Positions 29,668-37,238 of a DNA stretch of 64,000 nt are shown in pieces (position 1 is the first letter of the stretch; each line of letters opens with the position of its first letter). The notes beneath the pieces are model-generated. The model searched no databases and had not been told where the DNA came from. It saw only the letters and a program-made list of their open reading frames with translations. A program made the translations under genes and the position numbers. Source of the stretch: a virus; the IMG/VR virus record IMGVR_UViG_3300025860_001451, positions 3,635 to 67,634 of that record; one strand, given 5' to 3'.

Positions 29668-29692
29668 GTTATATTATATATAACACGTAGAA

Positions 29693-30517
29693 TTATTCAA
29701 CTTTTTCGTCAGGGTGTATTAATTTAGAAACATCTGGATCAATTTTGAAGATCTCATCGTATTCAGTAAATGAGCTTTCGTCCCAATACCATTGAGTAAC
29801 AACTTCATTGTCGTCCCACTCTACTGCGTCTGATGAAATTGATTCGCTAATTGGTTTTTTGGTCCAGAACTTAGCTCTCCAATAATCAGGAGATGTGATG
29901 TCAGCGGTACTTTCCTCAACCATAGATGGCCCAGATTCAAAATTTACCAGTAAGGTTTTACCATTTTCTGGATTTTTAACAAAAACTCCAAACTGTTCAG
30001 AAGATCCCAACAACATTTTAAAAGGTTTACCTATCGTTTTATTTTCTTCTTCGGTATATTCTAAATCAAAACAATCAAAGTTTTGGTCCCATTTTTCTAT
30101 GCCAGCTTTAATAAGCTCTATACAAGCCAGATCTAACTCTAGATCAGTGAAAGCGACAAAAGCTTTGGCCGCGCTTTCTACATAATAGGTTTCTTCACCA
30201 TCAACTATATCTTTATCTGCGAGTCTATAAGACTCGCTAACCTCTCTGCCTTTAACTAGCTTTAAAAAGTTATTTACCCTGGCTAATGCAAGCTGTCCTC
30301 TTGTCTTATTGATTAGATGAGCGTGGGAATAAACCGCAGAGCCACGACGATAAACTTTTTTAAGTTGGTCCGAGGTAATTTTACTCTCGTTTTCTTCGTT
30401 GTGTTCTTTAGTTTTTGCCTCTAAAACAGAAGAAATACATTCCGAAAAAGATACACAAGAATTCCTTTTAGAGTTCTTTACTAAATCTTTAATTTGTTCG
30501 GAGAAATCTAGTTCCAT
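29693..30517 (-). CDS. Hypothetical phage protein
   Basis: 274-aa ORF with LKKVYRRG..ALARVNNFL motif, preceded by the GTGTAA motif. Confidence 0.7.
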   Translation of the reverse strand: MELDFSEQIKDLVKNSKRNSCVSFSECISSVLEAKTKEHNEENESKITSDQLKKVYRRGSAVYSHAHLINKTRGQLALARVNNFLKLVKGREVSESYRLADKDIVDGEETYYVESAAKAFVAFTDLELDLACIELIKAGIEKWDQNFDCFDLEYTEEENKTIGKPFKMLLGSSEQFGVFVKNPENGKTLLVNFESGPSMVEESTADITSPDYWRAKFWTKKPISESISSDAVEWDDNEVVTQWYWDESSFTEYDEIFKIDPDVSKLIHPDEKVE

Positions 30518-30526
30518 ATTAATTCA

Positions 30527-30532
30527 TTACAC
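30527..30532 (-). promoter_or_regulatory. GTGTAA motif, candidate phage late promoter
   Basis: GTGTAA-9 nt-ATG, the same geometry as upstream of gpL. Confidence 0.45.
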
Positions 30533-30555
30533 TAAAATTTTAAAATAATGAAACC

Positions 30556-32211
30556 TTAACCTTCGCAAGAAGAGCATTGGTTTATTGATCTAGAAAGCTC
30601 TTGGGCTGGGTTTGCACCTCTTTGATAGTATAAAGATTTAATTCCTTGTTCCCAAGCAAAAATCATAAGTTGATTAACCTCTTTAGGTTTTACACCAGGA
30701 GGGACAACAATATTAAGGGATTGTCCTTGGTCTATATGTTTCTGACGTTGAGCTGCCTGTATGATTACCTCTTTCTGGGAAATTTCACCAAATGTTTTAA
30801 ATACATCCTTCTCGTTTTGGTCTAGAAAGTCAAGATGTTGGACTGAACCTCCATGAACAAGAATAGACCTCCATACTTCTTTTTTGTTTTTTTTGTGACT
30901 AGAAAGGAGTTTGCGTAGGTATGGGTTTTTATATGTGAATTTTCCCTTGGCTAAGTCCTTAACAAAATAATTGGATTTCAAGGGCTCTATGCTGGGAGAT
31001 ACTTGGCCAAGTATAAAAGAACTAGAAGTAGTTGGGGCAATAGCCAGGGTTGTAACATTTCTGCGCCCATATCCTTTAAGTAATTCTGGCTCTCCAAATT
31101 TTATAGCCATTTCTTCTGTGGCTTTATCTGCCCTCTCTCTGATTGTATGCCATATAGAGGCGTTTAGCATTTTAGAATCCATAGATTCAAACGGAACCAT
31201 TTTAGATTGGAGGTATGAGTGCCAACCTAAAGCCCCCATTCCTAATGCCCTTTGTCTTATTGCAAAGTTTCTTGGGGCATCCATATATCTTACTCCGTCT
31301 GTCTTATCAATAAATTCAGTCATGACGGCATCAAGAAAATAAACCATTGTCTCAATAGCGTCTGTCTCAACTATTTCATCCCACCTTTCTAGGTTTAAAC
31401 TCGACAAACAACAAACAAAACTTTCGTCCTCCTCTGAAGAAAGCATTATTTCACTGCATAAATTTGAAGCATTGATTTTTTTGCCCTTATCTTTGTAGAC
31501 TTGAGGTGCTTGATTGTTGGCATTGTCAGAATAAAATATATATGGATACCCGCTTTCAAATTTCTTTTTTAATACAAGACCCCAGATTCTTCTGTTTTCT
31601 TTATCCCCATCTATCATCGCTTCCATGAAATTATCTGGAACACAGACACCAATGCTCATTTTTTGTATCTCATGCCCTTCTCCACGAATCTTAAGAAACT
31701 CCTCTATGTCCGTGTGATCGATAGGGAGATAGGCAGCAAAGCTTCCCCTTCTTACGTTACCCTGCGATACGACCTCCATCAACTTTTCATAAAGCTCCAT
31801 AAAATGAACTGAGCCAGTGCTAGTTCCTTCTTGATCTCCAATTTTAGAACCGCGACCCCTAAGAGAACCAAAGAAACCAGATGTTCCTCCTCCATGTTTT
31901 GTCATCATTGAAACCTCTGCTAGTTTATCGCCAGTAATAGATTCCAAAGTGTCTTCAATATAAGAACCAAAGCAAGAAATGGGCAACCCTCTTTTGCGCC
32001 CGAAGTTACTCCATACTGGCGAACTCAAAGAATAAAACCCACTGTGCATATATCCAGTGAATTTTTTAGCAAAGCCTTTAATACCTAATGTTTTTTCGGC
32101 GTTTTTGGCTATGTCTTCTATTCTTGATTCCGCAGTTTCGCCTTCTGTTAAATAACCCCTACTTAAGTATTGACGAGAGTTTCGATTTAGCCAGTATATT
32201 TTTTGATCCAT
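30556..32211 (-). CDS. nrdA: Ribonucleotide reductase class I alpha subunit (short, no ATP cone)
   Basis: ISCF, SNLCSEI, VCCLSS, APTTSSS, KSLYY, terminal CSSCEG. Likely start is MDQKIYWLN (32211). Confidence 0.95.
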   Translation of the reverse strand: MDQKIYWLNRNSRQYLSRGYLTEGETAESRIEDIAKNAEKTLGIKGFAKKFTGYMHSGFYSLSSPVWSNFGRKRGLPISCFGSYIEDTLESITGDKLAEVSMMTKHGGGTSGFFGSLRGRGSKIGDQEGTSTGSVHFMELYEKLMEVVSQGNVRRGSFAAYLPIDHTDIEEFLKIRGEGHEIQKMSIGVCVPDNFMEAMIDGDKENRRIWGLVLKKKFESGYPYIFYSDNANNQAPQVYKDKGKKINASNLCSEIMLSSEEDESFVCCLSSLNLERWDEIVETDAIETMVYFLDAVMTEFIDKTDGVRYMDAPRNFAIRQRALGMGALGWHSYLQSKMVPFESMDSKMLNASIWHTIRERADKATEEMAIKFGEPELLKGYGRRNVTTLAIAPTTSSSFILGQVSPSIEPLKSNYFVKDLAKGKFTYKNPYLRKLLSSHKKNKKEVWRSILVHGGSVQHLDFLDQNEKDVFKTFGEISQKEVIIQAAQRQKHIDQGQSLNIVVPPGVKPKEVNQLMIFAWEQGIKSLYYQRGANPAQELSRSINQCSSCEG

Positions 32212-32224
32212 TTTGTTTTTTGTT

Positions 32225-33199
32225 TTAAAAGAGCTCGTCTTCAGAGAACGATTTATCTTTTTTAGAATACTCAACAGGCCTCCCGTGAAAAAAGTCCGTC
32301 ATGTTGTCTCCCAAGAGCTCCTCGTCAAACCACATTGTAGAAGATATCAGCTTTTTGTCAACATTAAAAACACTATCAAAACCAATCATATCAAGAGACT
32401 CGTTGATTCTGTTTTTAACAAACTCTTTTAAAATATCAGCAGAAAGGCCTTCTTCGTTAATCCCATTAACCATCCAATCAATGATTTTAGCTTCAGCCAT
32501 ATACGCTTGCTCTGCTTCTTGCATAATCCGATCTCTTAATTCTTGATCAAAAAGATCTGGGTATTCGGCCCTGATTGTATTGATAATACGAGCTCCAACT
32601 TTAGCATGAATATCTTCTTCGTTACGAGTATACTTTACCTGCTGGTCTGTATCTTTAAGGACATTCTTAAATCTAGCGAACCAATTTATAACATAAAACT
32701 GGCTAAACAAAGAAACATTCTCTACAAACAAGGTAAACAAAATAAGGGCGTAGAGATATTGTTTCTTGCTGTCTTTGTAAAAGCGATGGGTGTATTTCTT
32801 AAGATATTTAACCCGACCCTGTATGAAGTCTAATTTGAGATTTTCTTCAAAAATATCTTCCATATCTAGAATAGATATTAACCTTTCATATGCATTATTG
32901 TGAATAACTTCAGTGTTTGCCATCACATAACCAAGATCTTGTAGTGATGGGTGGGGTAGGTTGTCTCCAAGTTTGGCCCAAAATGTCTTAACGGCCACTT
33001 CAATTTGCCCAATAGCACTTAATGTTCTAACTACAATCTCCCTTTCTTGGTCGTTTAGTGATGTTTTAAAGTTGTGTATATCAGACTTAAAATCAAATTC
33101 CTTATCGGTCCAAAAACCATTATGCATAGATTGTATAAACATTTCAGTCCATGGGTATAGATTGGGCTTCCTTGATGTTTGTTCGTCGAATATACTCAT
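32225..33199 (-). CDS. nrdB: Ribonucleotide reductase class I beta subunit (class Id-like)
   Basis: QIEVAVKTFW, EVIH..AY, FVENVSLFSQF, EEDIH, DFF. Likely start is MSIFDEQ (33199). Confidence 0.95.
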   Translation of the reverse strand: MSIFDEQTSRKPNLYPWTEMFIQSMHNGFWTDKEFDFKSDIHNFKTSLNDQEREIVVRTLSAIGQIEVAVKTFWAKLGDNLPHPSLQDLGYVMANTEVIHNNAYERLISILDMEDIFEENLKLDFIQGRVKYLKKYTHRFYKDSKKQYLYALILFTLFVENVSLFSQFYVINWFARFKNVLKDTDQQVKYTRNEEDIHAKVGARIINTIRAEYPDLFDQELRDRIMQEAEQAYMAEAKIIDWMVNGINEEGLSADILKEFVKNRINESLDMIGFDSVFNVDKKLISSTMWFDEELLGDNMTDFFHGRPVEYSKKDKSFSEDELF

Positions 33200-33327
33200 T
33201 TTTATTGTTTTTTGTTTGTTGTTAATTTGATTTTGGCCGCGACTATGCCACAAAGTTATCGCTGTAACAAATTACACCTTATATCTTTTTTAAATCCCAG
33301 TCAACAGAAAATTAAGTTAATTATTTA

Positions 33328-33360
33328 TGTGGAAAAAAATAATAATCTTTTTGTGGAAAA
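33328..33360 (+). promoter_or_regulatory. Two DnaA-box consensus matches
   Basis: TGTGGAAAA at 33328 and 33352. The reverse complement TTTTCCACA fits TTWTNCACA. Confidence 0.45.
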
Positions 33361-33455
33361 AAAATAGAATGATTTATATAATAAGACGGGAAGGAGAGAG
33401 AATTCGAAGAAGTTTACTTCAGCGATTTAATCATATACGATACTCTACCAATTAA

Positions 33456-33562
33456 CTTCTCGATTTTAAAAAACACTTATCGTTAAGTATATGTATTCGA
33501 AGAAGTATACTTAACCGTATAGTATATACTTAACGATGAAGTATGTTTTTTAAATCTCGAAG
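33456..33562. repeat. Long imperfect inverted repeat in the divergent intergenic region
   Basis: Perfect 14-bp core ATCGTTAAGTATAT (33479-33492) / ATATACTTAACGAT (33524-33537), extended by TTTAAAAAACA / TGTTTTTTAAA arms. Confidence 0.85.
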
Positions 33563-33590
33563 TGTTTTTTTACAAGTTAATAATATTTTC

Positions 33591-33618
33591 TTGACTTCTT
33601 CGGAATATAACTTATCAT
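33591..33618 (+). promoter_or_regulatory. Sigma70-type promoter, leaderless
   Basis: TTGACT-16 nt-TATCAT-7 nt-ATG(33626). Confidence 0.65.
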
Positions 33619-33625
33619 TATGGGA

Positions 33626-34210
33626 ATGGAACTAGATTACAAAATAATAGGGATTTGTGGAAATGCCAGATCTGGAAAAGATACTCTTGGGAAGAACATC
33701 AAAAAGATTTTAAATGACAACGGAATAAAATCAGAAATTTATTCTTTTGCAAATGAGTTAAAAAAATCTGTAGATGAATTTTTGATAGAACAATTAAAAA
33801 TATCTGCTTTCACAGAAGATGAGGAAGAGAAAAAATTGATCAGGCCATTCCTTGTTTTTTGGGGCACTGACGTAATGAGAAAAATAAATCACAATATTTG
33901 GGTTGAAAAAGTTGAAGATAAACTACATGATAGTCATGTAAACATTATTACTGATGTGAGATTTATTAACGAGATAGATTGGGTTAAGAGAAAAAAAGGC
34001 TTATCCATAATGATTAAAAGAGAAAATAATGAACCAGCTAATGCTTATGAAAAATATAACAACGAAAAATTGTCTTTAATTGTTGACAATAGTTTTGATG
34101 TGTTGCATACTGAAGACGATAAGATGTTAGAACTAACAGCTAACGAAATTTTAAACTCAACAATCAATAACGAAATCTTTGAATTATGGAAAGCGACCTG
34201 TCCCTTATAA
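33626..34210 (+). CDS. Deoxynucleoside monophosphate kinase
   Basis: IIGICGNARSGKDT, SFA..LK, R..L..WGTD..R..W, IITDVRFINE. Confidence 0.85.
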   Translation: MELDYKIIGICGNARSGKDTLGKNIKKILNDNGIKSEIYSFANELKKSVDEFLIEQLKISAFTEDEEEKKLIRPFLVFWGTDVMRKINHNIWVEKVEDKLHDSHVNIITDVRFINEIDWVKRKKGLSIMIKRENNEPANAYEKYNNEKLSLIVDNSFDVLHTEDDKMLELTANEILNSTINNEIFELWKATCPL

Positions 34211-34761
34211 AAAAAATACAATCAACACAAGATAAGAATTGCTTGGACGAATTAATAAATAGGCATTCTGGTATTTATATTTATATAGTGGACAAATTTA
34301 CTAAAAATAAAGATTACAACGTAGACAGGGAAACTATATTAAGTGAGAAAGATTATATGATATATAAGAGTGCCCTTGATTACGACCCAAACAAAAACAG
34401 TAAATTTTCCACATACCTAGCTAATCAAACAAAGTGGAAGTGCTTGAATGAAATTAACGCCATAAGGAACAAGAGGATGGTAAGTATAGATACTTTATAT
34501 AGCACAGCTTCGGGAGACGAAACTAGTCACGAAATCTTATGTAAAATAGAGGCTTTTGATATATTTAATAGTGTTCTTGAAGAAGAAACAGACTTAAGGG
34601 TAAAAAAAATCATTGACATCCGATTCAATACAGATAATAATAGATTAAGACCTTGGAGAGAGGTCTCAAAAGAACTAAACATGAGCATACAAGGTTGCAT
34701 AAATATATACAACAGGTTCATAAACAAAGTAAAAAATAAATTCGATAAAAATTATGTTTAA
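34186..34761 (+). CDS. Phage RNA polymerase sigma-70-family factor
   Basis: Region-2 motif YDPNKNSKFSTYL and region-4 HTH IIDIRF..WREVSKELNMS. Confidence 0.8.
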   Translation: MESDLSLIKKIQSTQDKNCLDELINRHSGIYIYIVDKFTKNKDYNVDRETILSEKDYMIYKSALDYDPNKNSKFSTYLANQTKWKCLNEINAIRNKRMVSIDTLYSTASGDETSHEILCKIEAFDIFNSVLEEETDLRVKKIIDIRFNTDNNRLRPWREVSKELNMSIQGCINIYNRFINKVKNKFDKNYV

Positions 34762-35143
34762 TACAATAACAGCAGCAGGACATCTAGTTAAAGATCCAGA
34801 GACTAGAGAAGTAGGAGATAAGAAGGTTTGCAAAATGAGACTTTGCATTTCTGGAAACCGAGTTCAAGACAAAGAAAAACTATTCATTGACGTTGAGTTC
34901 TGGAATAGACAAGCAGAAATTGCTCAAGAGTACCTAAAAAAAGGCAGGTCGATCATTGTACAAGGAGAGCTTAGGCGCAATACATGGGAAAAAGAAGGAA
35001 AGGAATATCAGAAAGACTTTATTTCTGGTCAAAGCTTTCAATTCCTAAACACTGGAGGCTCAGATGGAAACAAAGAATCTTCAGAACCATCCAAAGAAAC
35101 AGAAAAGGTTTCCGCCCCTGTAGATGAAGATATTCCGTTTTAA
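34754..35143 (+). CDS. ssb: Single-stranded DNA-binding protein
   Basis: G.LVKDPE.R, FIDV.FW..QAE..YLKKG..VQGEL and acidic DEDIPF tail. Confidence 0.95.
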   Translation: MFNTITAAGHLVKDPETREVGDKKVCKMRLCISGNRVQDKEKLFIDVEFWNRQAEIAQEYLKKGRSIIVQGELRRNTWEKEGKEYQKDFISGQSFQFLNTGGSDGNKESSEPSKETEKVSAPVDEDIPF

Positions 35144-36198
35144 TGAAAATACTATTAGAGGCACCTCTAAATTCTTTAAGCCTCGGCAACGTTGGTTATA
35201 ACGTTGTCCGAGAGCTTATAGACAAAGGGCATGATGTTGGTTTTTGGCCAATTGGTAATGTAGATTTATCTGCTTACAATATAGAAAGCGACTTTCTCGC
35301 TAAATTGCAAGAATCAATAGACAAGAGGTATGATTTTTTGCATGAAGACATCCCGTCTTTAAAAATATGGCATTTAAACGGTTCCGAAGACAGAAAAAAC
35401 AAAAATCAATACCTATATACCTTTTATGAATGCAGCGAACCAACAGATATAGAAGTTAAGCTTTGTAACGCGCAAACGAAAACTATATTTTCGTCTTCTT
35501 ACGCAGCTAATAAATTCAATTCACCTTCTGTACCGCTTGGTTTTGATAAAGACTTCAAAGAAACTAACAAAACATACTTAACTGGAGTAACTCACTTCGG
35601 ATTAATGGGTAAATTTGAAAAAAGAAAACACACAAGAAAAATAATCAAGGCTTGGATTAAAAAATATGGCAACAACAATAAGTATCAGCTTACATGTTGT
35701 GTTTCGAACCCGTTTTTTAAGCAAGATGAAATGGCTCATATTTTAAACGAAGCTCTCGAAGGCAAAAACTACACTAACGTTAATATATTACCCTTCTTGG
35801 GTAAAAATAGCGAGGTTAACGAGTTGTTAAACTCAATAGACATAGATTTGACTGGCCTATCAGGAGGAGAAGGTTGGAACCTTCCCTCTTTTAACTCCAC
35901 CTGTCTTGGTAAATGGAGTGTAGTTTTAAACGAAACCTCTCATAAAGATTGGGCATCTGATAAAAACTCTATATTAGTAGAGCCTAGCTCTAAAATAGAT
36001 TGTTATGACAATAAGTTTTTTGCTAAGGGTTCAAACTTTAATCAAGGTTTCTTTTTTGATTTTGAAGAAGACGAAGCTATTTCGGCGATGGAAAAAGCGG
36101 AAGGAAAAGTAGGACAAATTAACACTGAGGGTCAAAAATTGGCGGACAAAATGTCCTATTCTAAAACCGTGGATTCTATCATTTCCCATATTTGCTAG
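35143..36198 (+). CDS. GT-B glycosyltransferase (GT4-like)
   Basis: GKFEKRK, SGGEGWNLP. Confidence 0.75.
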   Translation: MKILLEAPLNSLSLGNVGYNVVRELIDKGHDVGFWPIGNVDLSAYNIESDFLAKLQESIDKRYDFLHEDIPSLKIWHLNGSEDRKNKNQYLYTFYECSEPTDIEVKLCNAQTKTIFSSSYAANKFNSPSVPLGFDKDFKETNKTYLTGVTHFGLMGKFEKRKHTRKIIKAWIKKYGNNNKYQLTCCVSNPFFKQDEMAHILNEALEGKNYTNVNILPFLGKNSEVNELLNSIDIDLTGLSGGEGWNLPSFNSTCLGKWSVVLNETSHKDWASDKNSILVEPSSKIDCYDNKFFAKGSNFNQGFFFDFEEDEAISAMEKAEGKVGQINTEGQKLADKMSYSKTVDSIISHIC

Positions 36199-36207
36199 CT
36201 TTTAAAG

Positions 36208-36224
36208 CTGGCACACAAAATGCA
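36208..36224 (+). promoter_or_regulatory. Sigma54 (-24/-12) promoter upstream of Hsp20
   Basis: CTGGCAC-ACAAA-ATGCA with exact GG-N10-GC spacing. Predicted +1 is near 36235 and the ATG is at 36237. Confidence 0.6.
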
Positions 36225-36236
36225 ATAATAAATATT

Positions 36237-36557
36237 ATGACTACATTATTCGAAGAGTTATTCAAACAAGATAGCAGGGTTGACCAAAAAGACTACAAAT
36301 GGATTAAAAGTAGCGATGACGTATATACAGCTGAAATTGAGTTAGCTGGATTTTCTAAAAAAGACGTTGAAGTTACAGCTAATCAGGAAGTTTTAAGGGT
36401 AAGCGCTAAAAAAGGTGAGAAATCTAAAAGTTTTTCAATAGCACTAAATGATTTAGTTTGTCCGTCCGACATCAAATCGAAGATGACAAACGGCTTACTA
36501 ATTATTACAATGCCAAAAAAACAAGTTAGAGAATCTTTTGCAGTTAAGATCGAATAG
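36237..36557 (+). CDS. Small heat-shock protein (Hsp20/alpha-crystallin)
   Basis: ELAGFSKKDVEV..L.V and NGLLIITMPK. Confidence 0.9.
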   Translation: MTTLFEELFKQDSRVDQKDYKWIKSSDDVYTAEIELAGFSKKDVEVTANQEVLRVSAKKGEKSKSFSIALNDLVCPSDIKSKMTNGLLIITMPKKQVRESFAVKIE

Positions 36558-36583
36558 TCTTGCTGTTGTTCGTTACAAAAAAT

Positions 36584-36616
36584 CAAACGGGGTTAGTTGA
36601 ATACTAGCCCCGTTTG
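36584..36616 (+). terminator. Rho-independent terminator after Hsp20
   Basis: CAAACGGGGTTAGT-TGAAT-ACTAGCCCCGTTTG hairpin followed by T-rich sequence. Confidence 0.8.
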
Positions 36617-36629
36617 TTTATAATCTATT

Positions 36630-37022
36630 ATGCCGATGTATATTTATAAACACCCAGATGAAGAAGTTTACACAGAGGTTCTTCAAACAATGATTGAGGA
36701 TCACGTATACTTCGATTCTGACGGGCTTGAATGGAAGAGGGTATTTACCACCCCAAATATGTCCATCGATTCCTCTATAGACCCATATAACGAAAGACAG
36801 TTCCATGATAAAACCAACTCGAAAAAAGGGACTTTTGGTGATGTCATGGATTATAGCAAGGAATTAAGCCAAGAAAGAGCTGAAAAAAATGGAGGGATAG
36901 ACCCAATTCAAAAAAAATACTATAAAGATTATTCAAAGAAAAGAGAAGGGGCCAAGCACTTTAATGAAATAAAATCTAAAGGCTATGAGAGTAAAAACGT
37001 AAAAATCGATTTTGAAAAATAA
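36630..37022 (+). CDS. Hypothetical protein, FmdB-like N-terminus without cysteines
   Basis: MPMYIY..E..QTM..KRVFT pattern. Confidence 0.6.
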   Translation: MPMYIYKHPDEEVYTEVLQTMIEDHVYFDSDGLEWKRVFTTPNMSIDSSIDPYNERQFHDKTNSKKGTFGDVMDYSKELSQERAEKNGGIDPIQKKYYKDYSKKREGAKHFNEIKSKGYESKNVKIDFEK

Positions 37023-37048
37023 AGCAAACTGCTTTAATTTTTATTACA

Positions 37049-37234
37049 TCATCCGCCTTGAGTTTTTATACCTAGAGTTATTGCATACATATTATACCAA
37101 CTCCTAATCGCTATATTTAGATTCGGATGTTGGCACTCGTAAACCTTGCCTTTTTCATCTATATAGGAAACATTCCAGCATTCCTGTCCCATTAAATCTT
37201 TAATCTTTCTTGAAGATGGTTTTATTTTTTTCAT
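37049..37234 (-). CDS. Small hypothetical protein
   Basis: Follows the LRR gene on the same strand. Likely start is MKKIKP. Confidence 0.55.
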   Translation of the reverse strand: MKKIKPSSRKIKDLMGQECWNVSYIDEKGKVYECQHPNLNIAIRSWYNMYAITLGIKTQGG

Positions 37235-37238
37235 AATA

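Noticed and set aside
33236-33262. Sigma54 site or small regulatory hairpin in the nrdB leader
   Set aside because: The GG-N10-GC spacing is present but the -12 context (CGGC) is poor and the stem is only ~5 bp, so it is too weak to call.
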